Below are positions 7,321 to 14,945 of a stretch of DNA of 25,374 bases, in pieces. Each line of letters begins with the position of its first letter. Positions within the stretch are counted from its first letter, which is position 1. Made by a program: the position numbers and the translations under genes. Origin of the DNA: Okeania sp. (lineage in GTDB: Bacteria > Cyanobacteriota > Cyanobacteriia > Cyanobacteriales > Microcoleaceae); NCBI RefSeq assembly GCF_035285525.1, contig NZ_JAYKGW010000037.1:1-25374 (forward strand), read 5' to 3'. The notes beneath the pieces were generated by a model. It was not told the origin of the DNA. It was given only the letters and a program-made list of their open reading frames with translations, and did no database searches.

Positions 7321-9069
7321 TTAATTATTATTCATCACTAATTTTTTCGCAATAGGCATTCTCCAACCTGTACCAAAAGCTCGATCGCTAATTTTTAAAC
7401 CAGGGGGTGCTTGTCTACGTTTAAATTCTGCCCGCATGACTAATTTAACTACTTTATTTACTACTTCTGAATCATGTCCTGCTGCAATAATTTCTGCTAA
7501 AGATTCGCATTTTTCTATTAACCGAAATAAAATATCATCTAATATATTATAAGCGGGTAAAGAATCTTGGTCTTTTTGATCTTCTTTTAACTCCGCACTT
7601 GGAGCTTTTGTGAGAATATTTTCGGGAATAATATTTGGCTTTTTAGTAATTAGTAAATTTTCGGAACCAAAGAAATTTGGATTGGCATTAACTGCTTGTT
7701 CATTCAACCACCGACATAAAGAATAAACGCGAGTTTTTGGAACATCGGAAATTACTGCTAAACCACCGTTCATATCACCATAAAGAGTACAATAACCAAC
7801 AGCCATTTCTGACTTATTGCCTGTGGATAAAACTAAATGACCAAACTTATTAGAAATTGCCATTAATAAATTTCCCCGAATCCGAGATTGAATATTTTCT
7901 TCTGCAACACCAAAATTTGTACCTGCAAATAAACTTGTCAAACTATTGTCATATTCTTTCATTAAATCCTCAATAGGTATCACCTGTTTAGCAATACCTA
8001 AATTGTCTGTTAATTCCAAAGCATCTTTCACCGAATGTTCGGAACTGTAGGGAGAAGGCATTAAAATAGCAAAAACATTTTCCTTTCCTAATGCAGCAGT
8101 GGCTATTGCAGCAACTAAAGCTGAATCTATTCCTCCACTTAAACCCAAAACAACTTTAGAAAAACCACACTTTTGCACATAATCTTTGACACCCAAAACT
8201 AAAGCAGACCAAATTTCTTCATCCTCAGTTTCTGGCAAATTTATAGTTTCAAAATTAGGAGCTATTAAATCTTTTTTTGCCGAATTAAATTCTACAACTG
8301 CTAAACTTGTCTCAAAAGATTTAGCGCGATAAATTACATTTCCAGTACGATTAAAAACTACACTACAACCATCAAAAATTAAATCATCATTACCACCAAC
8401 TTGATTCACATAAATAATAGGTTGATGATAATTATTCGTGCTATGTTCCAACATTGATTCTCGTAATTTTTGTTTCCCAACTCCGTAGGGAGAAGCTGAG
8501 ATATTAATCACAAAATCAACCTGTTGTTCTGCCAATTCTTGCATCGGGTTACAAGGATAATTTCGCTTTCCCCAAAATCCCTCATCATTCCATAAATCTT
8601 CGCAAATAGTAACGCCAATTTTAGCCGAAAATTCTGATATTTCTAATGTGAAAAAATCGCTAGTTTTTCCAGGTTCAAAATATCGGTATTCGTCAAAAAC
8701 ATCATAAGTAGGTAAAAGTCGTTTATGGAATATTTGTTTGACTTTTCCATTAGTTAATAAAGCTGCACTATTAAATAAAGATTTTTCTCCTGTTTCCGCA
8801 GCTTGAGAATTAAAAATTACAGTTCCCACTAAAACAGCTATTTCTAATGGTAAATCTTGAGCTAAATTCTCTAATTCTACAGCAGCAGCTTCAATCAAAC
8901 TAGGATAAATTAATAAATCTCGTGGGGGATAACCTATCAATGATAACTCTGGAGTTATTATTAATTTGGCATCTAATTTTTGGGCTTTTTCCACTGCCTC
9001 CAAAATTAATTTAGCATTGCCAGAAATATCACCAATAATAGGATTAAGTTGAGCGATCGCTATTTTCAT
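7321..9069 (-). CDS. nadE: Glutamine-dependent NAD+ synthetase
   Basis: 582 aa. The N-terminal CN-hydrolase/nitrilase domain has MKIAIAQLNP..., TPELSLIGY and the VTICEDLW catalytic Cys. The C-terminal NAD synthase domain has the PP-loop LGLSGGIDSA. Confidence 0.95.
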   Translation of the reverse strand: MKIAIAQLNPIIGDISGNAKLILEAVEKAQKLDAKLIITPELSLIGYPPRDLLIYPSLIEAAAVELENLAQDLPLEIAVLVGTVIFNSQAAETGEKSLFNSAALLTNGKVKQIFHKRLLPTYDVFDEYRYFEPGKTSDFFTLEISEFSAKIGVTICEDLWNDEGFWGKRNYPCNPMQELAEQQVDFVINISASPYGVGKQKLRESMLEHSTNNYHQPIIYVNQVGGNDDLIFDGCSVVFNRTGNVIYRAKSFETSLAVVEFNSAKKDLIAPNFETINLPETEDEEIWSALVLGVKDYVQKCGFSKVVLGLSGGIDSALVAAIATAALGKENVFAILMPSPYSSEHSVKDALELTDNLGIAKQVIPIEDLMKEYDNSLTSLFAGTNFGVAEENIQSRIRGNLLMAISNKFGHLVLSTGNKSEMAVGYCTLYGDMNGGLAVISDVPKTRVYSLCRWLNEQAVNANPNFFGSENLLITKKPNIIPENILTKAPSAELKEDQKDQDSLPAYNILDDILFRLIEKCESLAEIIAAGHDSEVVNKVVKLVMRAEFKRRQAPPGLKISDRAFGTGWRMPIAKKLVMNNN

Positions 9070-9204
9070 AATTTTCGATAATTTGTAGAATAAATAGTAA
9101 GCATTTAGCTGTCAGCTATCATGCTTTTGGTGTGCCATTAAGGCTTTGTTGAACCAGAATATATTTTACTACAAAAACCCACTGCAAACGGTAGACTCTG
9201 TGAT

Positions 9205-9423
9205 CCGCCAATAAATGAATTTCTTGGCTCACAGCAAAAGTCATCTCAAGATGATTAAAGATAGGTGATTTGCTAATTAATGAGACTTCATATAAATTAT
9301 CTATTAAATATTAGACTATATTAATTAATCACAATCCAAAAAGATAATATAAATAACCGAGTCATCTAAAGATGACTTCAACTATTAGCGAAGGATTTTA
9401 ATCCTTGGCGAGCTATCGGGTAC
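9205..9423. mobile_element. MITE-like element with ~55-nt two-hairpin imperfect terminal inverted repeats
   Basis: The left end 9205-9256 is ccgccaataaatgaatttcttggc...aagtcatctcaagatgatt. The right end 9359-9423 is gagtcatctaaagatgactt...cgaaggattttaatccttggcgagc. Each end has the same two hairpins in mirrored order, and they flank ~100 bp of AT-rich DNA. No ORF is present. Confidence 0.5.
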
Positions 9424-9705
9424 ACTTTACTTTTTGTTAAGACGTGCCAATATGTTATAATTAAGTAGTCGTGCCAAATTAATTTTCTAGTTGAGAAAGG
9501 TGACAGGGAATAGGAATAAAAAAAGTGATAATTTCTAGATAAGATTGGAGGTTTCTAATAGTAATGTGTAGTTAATTTTGCATAAGCACTTACAGTCGGT
9601 TTCATCAAGTGTGTCATACCATCAAGTGTGTGATATTCTTATTGTAGGTAAAATGCATGTCCTACAAAAAAATTATCGTTATACCTTTTTTCTAGTGAGA
9701 TAATT

Positions 9706-10161
9706 ATGAATAAATTACCAGAAAAAATATCCTCGAATCTATACGATGGAGATTTTTTATTGTGGGTAGAAGCAACTGCCAATTTATTAAGAGCAGGAAA
9801 ATTTACAGAAATAGATATTCCTAATTTAATTGCAGAAATAGAAAGTATAGGTAGAAGTGAAAAAAGGGAGCTAAAAAATCGTTTAATTATTTTGTTGATG
9901 CACTTGCTCAAATGGAAATATCAGCCATAAAAAAGAACTGAAAGCTGTAAAAATACCATTATTGAACAGCGAACTTCTCTAGAATTATTGCTGGAAGATA
10001 GCCCTAGTCTCAAAACATTTTTGCCAGAAGTATTTGATAAATCTTATCAAAGAAGTAGGCTAAAAGCAGCTAACGAAACAGGAATTAATGCTGATATTTT
10101 TCCAGAAGAGTCTCCCTTTACTTTTGCAGAAACTCTTGATTTTGAATATTTACCTGATTGA
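9706..10161 (+). pseudogene. DUF29 family protein with a single in-frame TAA at codon 75
   Basis: The translation is LYDGDFLLWVEATANLLRAGKFTEIDIPNLIAEIESIGRSEKRELKNRLIILLMHLLKWKYQP, then TAA (9928-9930), then in the same frame KRTESCKNTIIEQRTSLELLLEDSPSLKTFLPEVFDKSYQRSRLKAANETGINADIFPEESPFTFAETLDFEYLPD. The total of 151 codons is the normal DUF29 length. Confidence 0.85.
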
Positions 10162-10243
10162 AAAATATGCTCTGACTAAACATAGTCAAATTAAGCACAT
10201 TTTATGGAAAGTTTCTATTACGAGACTTACCTACGCAAGCCTA

Positions 10244-10274
10244 GAAACCCGGTTTCTTCGAGAAACCGGGTTTC
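10244..10274 (+). terminator. Two tandem family-F hairpins (GAAACCCGGTTTC, GAAACCGGGTTTC) followed by TTTCTTTG
   Basis: Palindromic hairpins at 10244-10256 and 10262-10274, downstream of the DUF29 frame. It could equally be just a dispersed repeat. Confidence 0.4.
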
Positions 10275-10347
10275 TTTGCACTAAAAGATTAAGAGACTAA
10301 TTCTCTACATTCCTGTCACATTTCATGTCGTACAGCAAAACGCCTAC

Positions 10348-10470
10348 TTAGTGAGCGCAACCATTTCCATGATAATCATCAGTATCATAGAATCCATTCT
10401 TTGTACCAAAAAATAGACAACCAACACTAAATAAAACAGTTAATCCGATTAGAATTAATTTGATATCCAT
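10348..10470 (-). CDS. Small (40-aa) single-pass membrane peptide, unknown function
   Basis: Not in the ORF track because it is below the size cutoff. The minus strand reads ATG...TAA = MDIKLILIGLTVLFSVGCLFFGTKNGFYDTDDYHGNGCAH. One hydrophobic helix is followed by an acidic/His/Cys tail. AAGGA lies 12 nt upstream of the ATG. Confidence 0.4.
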   Translation of the reverse strand: MDIKLILIGLTVLFSVGCLFFGTKNGFYDTDDYHGNGCAH

Positions 10471-10487
10471 AATTGCAGATTTTCCTT
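10463..10487 (+). repeat. Direct repeat copy 1 (ATATCCATAATTGCAGATTTTCCTT)
   Basis: It matches 13511-13534 (ATATCATAATTGCAGATTTTCCTT) apart from one indel. It covers the start codon and SD-like region of the 40-aa ORF. Confidence 0.85.
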
Positions 10488-10492
10488 AAATA

Positions 10493-11110
10493 ATGAATTT
10501 TGCTCAAACAAATGAAATTATAGACAATACTTGGCTAAAACGACCATCCCCTGAAGTTGCTCCAGAATTAATAGGTTGTACTCTAGTCCGACGAATATCC
10601 GATAATCAAATTATCCGCAGCACCATAGTAGAAACCGAAGCTTATGCACCAGGAGACCCTGCTTGTCACGCTTATCGCCGACAAACTCCACGAAATTCTG
10701 TGATGTTTGGCCCTCCGGGAATGAGTTATGTTTTCCTCATTTATGGGATGTACCATTGTCTAAATATTGTGACAGATGTAGATGGGATACCTAGTGTTGT
10801 CTTAATTCGAGCTTTACAATTAAATTCTGTCCCAGATTGGTTATGGGAGAATATTCCAAAACAAAAATCAAAATCTAAAACTTCTCGTTTGGCTGCGGGG
10901 CCTGGTAAACTTTGTCGTCTTCTTAATATTGACCTCAGTTTGAATGGTTCGCCCTTACAAGTGGGGAAACCAATGTGGTTAGAAAAGCGATCGCCAAAAT
11001 TTCAGGAAAATTTGCAAATAGTACAAACAACTCGTATTGGAATTTCAAAAGGAACGGAGTTACCTTGGCGATGGTATTTAGCTGACTGTGATGCTGTATC
11101 TAAGAGCTAG
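10493..11110 (+). CDS. mpg: DNA-3-methyladenine glycosylase (AAG/MPG family)
   Basis: 205 aa. LIGCTLVRR...IVETEAYAPGDPACHAYRRQTPRNSVMFGPPGMSYVFLIYGMYHCLNIV is the family signature (ETEAY...D.A.H, YG.H...N). Confidence 0.9.
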   Translation: MNFAQTNEIIDNTWLKRPSPEVAPELIGCTLVRRISDNQIIRSTIVETEAYAPGDPACHAYRRQTPRNSVMFGPPGMSYVFLIYGMYHCLNIVTDVDGIPSVVLIRALQLNSVPDWLWENIPKQKSKSKTSRLAAGPGKLCRLLNIDLSLNGSPLQVGKPMWLEKRSPKFQENLQIVQTTRIGISKGTELPWRWYLADCDAVSKS

Positions 11111-11190
11111 GGAACACTTAACTGGGAACAACAAATTATCAAAGAGTTTTTCGTATAGGGAAATGCTCCGCAAACAGATTTATAAATATC
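11110..11190 (+). repeat. Inverted-repeat arm L (~81 bp), partner of 13855-13934
   Basis: gggaacacttaactgggaaca...tttttcgtatagggaaatgctccgcaaacagatttataaatatc, against the reverse complement of 13855-13934: gggaccacttaactgggaaca...tttttcctacggaaatgctccacaaacaggatttataaatgtc. About four fifths of positions match by eye. Its first base is the last base of the mpg stop codon. Confidence 0.8.
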
Positions 11191-11277
11191 TTAACCTTTG
11201 CTTTGAGTTCTATATCAGTTGACTTTAGGCTTCTAACTTCAGCTATAGTTAATATTAGTAGCTATTAAATAAAAAGG

Positions 11278-12213
11278 ATGATAATACTGAAACAATCTCC
11301 ATTATTAAGCGAGACTTTCCAAGCCAAAATTCAGGATAAAATCTCAGACAAAAAGCAGGAAATAAAAGAATCTCTTGGAGGAGGTTTCTTTGGAGAAATT
11401 GGTGCGACTTTTGCTCAGTTTAAACAAATTCATAACCAATTTAAAGGTAATTTAGGGGAAAATTTTCTATCTTTTCTACTAATGTCATTTCCTGATAGTT
11501 GGGTAATGTTTAAAAATGCGTTGATTCCGATTAAATCAAAAAAAGTTACAGAAATTGACCTTTTAATTATTGGTAATGGTGGTGTTTTTTTAGTAGAAGT
11601 AAAAACTTGGAAAGGTTCCTTTTCTGCTTATGAAGATAAATGGAAAAGACGGGAAGGAATGAAATGGATACCTGTAGAAAATAGCCCTACTTCTCAAAGT
11701 TTATATCACAGAAAAATGTTTGAGCAGTTTATTATGCCTCAAGTTTCTGGTTTCCCGGAAGATTTTATATTTGCTCCTGTAGTTTTTCCTGTAGCAAAAT
11801 GGATTGGTACAACTAATTGTTCTGTTCCTGTATTGCAAGGTTTTCCAGAATTAGCACAAATGTTGCAAAAATCTCCAGAATGTTTAACAAATGAACAGGT
11901 TTCAATAATTAGTAAATTAGTTGAAAATTGTGAACTTTTAGACTCTCCAGAAAAGTCTTCTAAACCTTCTCCAAAACCAAAGCCTATTTTAAATTATGCT
12001 CAAGATTCTGGAAAATCTTATTCCCAACCAAAGCCTATTTTAAATTCTACTCAAGATTCTGGAAAATCTTATTCCCAACCAAAATCTATTTTAGATTCTA
12101 CTCAAAATTCTCAAAAACATTCTCCAAAATCAAAACCTGTTTTAGATTCTACTCAAGATTCTCAAAAACATTCTCCAAAATCAAAACCTATTTTACGAAA
12201 GCGTACTCATTAA
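11278..12213 (+). CDS. NERD (nuclease-related domain) protein with a C-terminal 17-aa tandem-repeat tail
   Basis: NLGENFLSFLLMSFPDSWVMFKNALIP...EIDLLIIGNGGVFLVEVKTWKGSF...SPTSQSLYHRKMF matches the NERD pattern (GE..., (D/E)IDhlvi..GifviExK, nP..Q). The tail is PKPILNYAQDSGKSYSQ / PKPILNSTQDSGKSYSQ / PKSILDSTQNSQKHSPKS / KPVLDSTQDSQKHSPKS / KPIL. Confidence 0.75.
   Translation: MIILKQSPLLSETFQAKIQDKISDKKQEIKESLGGGFFGEIGATFAQFKQIHNQFKGNLGENFLSFLLMSFPDSWVMFKNALIPIKSKKVTEIDLLIIGNGGVFLVEVKTWKGSFSAYEDKWKRREGMKWIPVENSPTSQSLYHRKMFEQFIMPQVSGFPEDFIFAPVVFPVAKWIGTTNCSVPVLQGFPELAQMLQKSPECLTNEQVSIISKLVENCELLDSPEKSSKPSPKPKPILNYAQDSGKSYSQPKPILNSTQDSGKSYSQPKSILDSTQNSQKHSPKSKPVLDSTQDSQKHSPKSKPILRKRTH
11971..12195 (+). 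repeat. 51-bp coding tandem repeat, ~4.4 copies (3' end of the NERD gene)
   Basis: ccaaa(a/g)cc(a/t)aa(g/a)cctattttaaatt.tgctcaagattctggaaaatcttattcc is iterated with drift. The period of 51 equals 17 codons. Confidence 0.85.
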
Positions 12214-12379
12214 TCTCATCAATAATTTTTTATAGTTATTGGTTGATTTTATTCATACTAATTCCCAACGATTAATGCTGTATTGAAGTAATGCTTAATT
12301 CATTAAATAATTAACATAGTCTGAGTCCATTTTTTACTAATTATTAACTATTGAACATTAAATATTATTATTTTTACCC

Positions 12380-12407
12380 GTAGGGACGTTGCATGCAACG
12401 TCCCTAC
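12380..12407. terminator. Perfect 28-nt palindrome GTAGGGACGTTGCATGCAACGTCCCTAC between convergent genes
   Basis: It is self-complementary across all 28 nt and lies between the NERD stop (12213) and the sulfotransferase stop (12494). It is a plausible bidirectional terminator and/or a dispersed repeat copy. Confidence 0.5.
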
Positions 12408-12493
12408 TCTCCGACTAATACACTAAATAAAATGTAAAAAACTCAATAAATGGTATAATTCCTAAACTATTCGCAAGCCAAAATTTCCAACAA

Positions 12494-13483
12494 TTAACCA
12501 AGCAAATTCTCTAAAGAAAAGAAATCTATTACATGAGGACAACTTGCCTTTTTTGTCTCTACATAATTCCGCCACAAATTAAATTCACTATCACTCAAAT
12601 AATTTTTCCAATCTCCGACAATTCCTTTGCGAATATGTGCTTTAGAGGGAATATTTTTATCACCAATTTCTTGAGAAACCAAAACATTAGATAAACTTCC
12701 ATCTTTCTCAATATGTCCCTGATTTGATTTTTCTTTCATCTTGGTAAAATTAGTTGTTTTAGATATTTCTTCAACATCATAATATTCAACTTCAATAAAC
12801 TTAGCAAGTTTATGTATAGCTGAAATAGCATTATCTTTTTTCATGTCTTCATACTTTAAAAATAAAGCCTCAATTTTTCCTTCTTCAGAAGCTTTGAAAA
12901 ATTCTTCGTGATAGTCAAACCAATCACCACTTTCAAACTTTCCTGTTAGTGCTACTTCCGAAAAGAAATGATGCCAAGAACCGTTATATTCAAAAACTTC
13001 TTTTCCCCTAACATGATGCCATGCAGAAACAAAGGTATCTAAAGGATGTCTTATACATTGAATTATTCTGGCTGGTTGTTTAATTAAACCTAAACTAGCA
13101 TGGGATTTAAAAAATCGTGGGGATGGAGCTTTTTCAAACTTTAAAAATGTAGACTTCCAGTTTTCTGTACTTGCAGCCATATCTAACCAAGGAGAAAAAC
13201 TTTCTGTACAAAAGCCAAGAGAAATACCTTTTTCACTAATTTTTTCTACTAAATGTTCCAGTATTGATATAGTCCAAGTTGTGCCAGACTTTGGATAAGT
13301 TGTTACATAAATATCACTATCTCTGGGTAAAAAATGATTAAATACATTTTCCATTCCACTCTTAGTAATAATAGTACAAGTGTAAAAATTTTCTATTGCA
13401 TTTACATCAAATGAACGAGGTATACAGTTCATTTTTGGCAGAGGAATTTGAAATGAATTTGTATCAATTTCTGTTTCAGACAT
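12494..13483 (-). CDS. PAPS-dependent sulfotransferase, cytosolic-SULT-like (Sulfotransfer_1 type)
   Basis: 329 aa. It has TYPKSGTTW (5'-phosphosulfate-binding loop), FFKSHASL (catalytic His region) and RKGIVGDWKNYL (3'-phosphate-binding motif). All three closely resemble the animal cytosolic SULT motifs. Confidence 0.85.
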   Translation of the reverse strand: MSETEIDTNSFQIPLPKMNCIPRSFDVNAIENFYTCTIITKSGMENVFNHFLPRDSDIYVTTYPKSGTTWTISILEHLVEKISEKGISLGFCTESFSPWLDMAASTENWKSTFLKFEKAPSPRFFKSHASLGLIKQPARIIQCIRHPLDTFVSAWHHVRGKEVFEYNGSWHHFFSEVALTGKFESGDWFDYHEEFFKASEEGKIEALFLKYEDMKKDNAISAIHKLAKFIEVEYYDVEEISKTTNFTKMKEKSNQGHIEKDGSLSNVLVSQEIGDKNIPSKAHIRKGIVGDWKNYLSDSEFNLWRNYVETKKASCPHVIDFFSLENLLG

Positions 13484-13510
13484 AGTTAATTAAAATGGAT
13501 GAAGTTAGTA

Positions 13511-13534
13511 ATATCATAATTGCAGATTTTCCTT
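13511..13534 (+). repeat. Direct repeat copy 2 (ATATCATAATTGCAGATTTTCCTT)
   Basis: Partner of 10463-10487. On the minus strand it gives AAGGAAAATCTGCAATT-ATG and a 13-codon uORF (MILLTSSILINYV) that overlaps the sulfotransferase ATG out of frame. Confidence 0.85.
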
Positions 13535-13802
13535 GGAAATGATCAACAATATTTGTTTATAAGTCTCTATTTACAATAAAGAAAATTTTTCTGTATAAAT
13601 TACAACTTTTTTAAAATTGTTGTTTGATAATCTTATTAAAAAAGTTTAGTAAAAATATTATAAATTATCATAAAATAATGCAACTATCAACCCAATAAAA
13701 AGGCAAATTTTTTCGTTTAAAAGGGATAAAAATAGAAAAATTTAACTATTGTAAACTAACAAAAAAACCATTGATAACTGAAATAAGATGGTGTAAACTA
13801 AC

Positions 13803-13826
13803 AACTGATAACTGATAACTGATAAC
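13803..13826 (+). repeat. Heptamer STRR-like array (AACTGAT x3.4)
   Basis: aactgataactgataactgataac. Confidence 0.85.
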
Positions 13827-13854
13827 AGATATAGCAGTCTAAGGAAAGGGCACG

Positions 13855-13934
13855 GACATTTATAAATCCTGTTTGTGGAGCATTTCCGTAGGAAAAACCC
13901 TTTAATTTTCTACTGTTCCCAGTTAAGTGGTCCC
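13855..13934 (-). repeat. Inverted-repeat arm R (~80 bp), partner of 11110-11190
   Basis: See arm L. It ends 55 nt upstream of the ureG ATG. The first ~20 nt (GGGAACACTTAACTGGGAAC type) also occur alone at about 2868-2890. Confidence 0.8.
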
Positions 13935-13956
13935 TATTCCCTGTCCAAGTAGCGCT

Positions 13957-13990
13957 ATAACTGATAACTGAAATTAACTGATAACTGAAA
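13957..13990 (+). repeat. Two ~17-nt direct repeats (AACTGATAACTGAAAT) running into the ureG start codon
   Basis: ataactgataactgaaatt aactgataactgaaATG. The ureG initiation region is built from repeat sequence and has no obvious SD. Confidence 0.7.
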
Positions 13991-14649
13991 TGACAGCAGC
14001 GAGATTAGGAATCGGTGGCCCTGTAGGTAGTGGCAAAACTGCTTTACTAGAATGTATAGTTCCCCTTTTAACCAAACAAGGTATTGAAGTAGCTGTAGTA
14101 ACTAATGACTTGCTAACTACCGAAGATGCAGAACGACTGAAAAGTGGAGGGATTTTACCAAGCGATCGCATTATTGGAGTGGAGACAGGTAGTTGTCCTC
14201 ATACAGCTATCAGAGAAGATCCAACGATGAATATTTTAGCAGTGCAAGATTTGGAACAACTATATCCTAATCTAGAACTGATTCTGATTGAAAGTGGGGG
14301 AGATAATCTTGCTTCTACCTTTAGTTATGATTTGGTAGATGCCTATATTTTTGTCATAGATGTGGGAGCAGGAGATGATATTCCTCGGAAAAAAGGACCT
14401 GGTTTTGTGCAAGCTGATTTAGTAGTAATTAATAAAATAGATTTAGCTCCTTATGTTAATGCTAATCTAGATTTAATTCGCCAACAAGCGCCAGTATATC
14501 GTCAAGGGAAACCCATTGCTTACACTAACTGTAAAACTGGAGTTGGATTAAATGAAGTAGTTAATTTTATTCTAGAAAGAATTTTATTTCGTGCTGTTTT
14601 CAAAGAGGGAACAGAGAACAGGGAACTGGGAACAGGGGAAGGTAATTGA
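13990..14649 (+). CDS. ureG: Urease accessory GTPase UreG
   Basis: GIGGPVGSGKTALL (P-loop), ETGSCPHTAIRED (CPH metal motif), ESGGDNL and INKIDLAP (NKxD). A C-terminal ~15-aa extension is encoded by a GGGAACA heptamer array. Confidence 0.95.
   Translation: MTAARLGIGGPVGSGKTALLECIVPLLTKQGIEVAVVTNDLLTTEDAERLKSGGILPSDRIIGVETGSCPHTAIREDPTMNILAVQDLEQLYPNLELILIESGGDNLASTFSYDLVDAYIFVIDVGAGDDIPRKKGPGFVQADLVVINKIDLAPYVNANLDLIRQQAPVYRQGKPIAYTNCKTGVGLNEVVNFILERILFRAVFKEGTENRELGTGEGN
14607..14639 (+). repeat. Heptamer array GGGAACA x~4.6 inside the 3' end of ureG
   Basis: gggaacagagaacagggaactgggaacagggga is translated as ...EGTENRELGTGEGN. The complementary CTGTTCC motif recurs in spacers near 2750, 6405, 14921 and 22985. 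Confidence 0.8.
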
Positions 14650-14945
14650 TGATTTATGGATAAGAATTGATTATATTTTTAATTTTGAGAGATATCTAAT
14701 AGGCATTTCTCAAAGTCCAAAATAAACAAGACTTACCCAAACTTTTAGACAAAATGCTATCTTTAAAGGGCGAATACCATTCTAGATATGGTAGTTGTGC
14801 GTAAGTCCTGATAAAATTAACTTTTCTCCATAAATTACCAGCTATTTCTTTCTTTTTAAGAAATGGTATTAGAGAGAGATAATTATCAATTATCCATTAT
14901 TAGTTATTCATTATTAAAGTTCCCTGTTCCCTTGAATTTAAAAAA

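Noticed and set aside
9639-9911. 90-aa minus-strand ORF
   Set aside because: It is antisense to the clearly recognisable DUF29 frame and its sequence is low-complexity.
10088-10300. 70-aa plus-strand ORF
   Set aside because: It overlaps the 3' part of the DUF29 frame out of frame and runs through the GAAACCGGGTTTC hairpins.
13974-14171. 65-aa minus-strand ORF
   Set aside because: It is antisense to the ureG P-loop region, and ureG is unambiguous.
14730-14807. Inverted repeat GACTTACCC ... GCGTAAGTC (motif also near 10224 and 25244)
   Set aside because: Only 7-8 nt of complementarity are present and the copies are short, which is too weak to call a defined element from this window alone.
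13484-14945. NtcA-type site (GTA-N8-TAC) upstream of the urease accessory genes
   Set aside because: Only off-spacing look-alikes were seen, for example TGTA-N5-TACA near 13591-13603. No exact GTA-N8-TAC with a suitably placed -10 box was found by eye.
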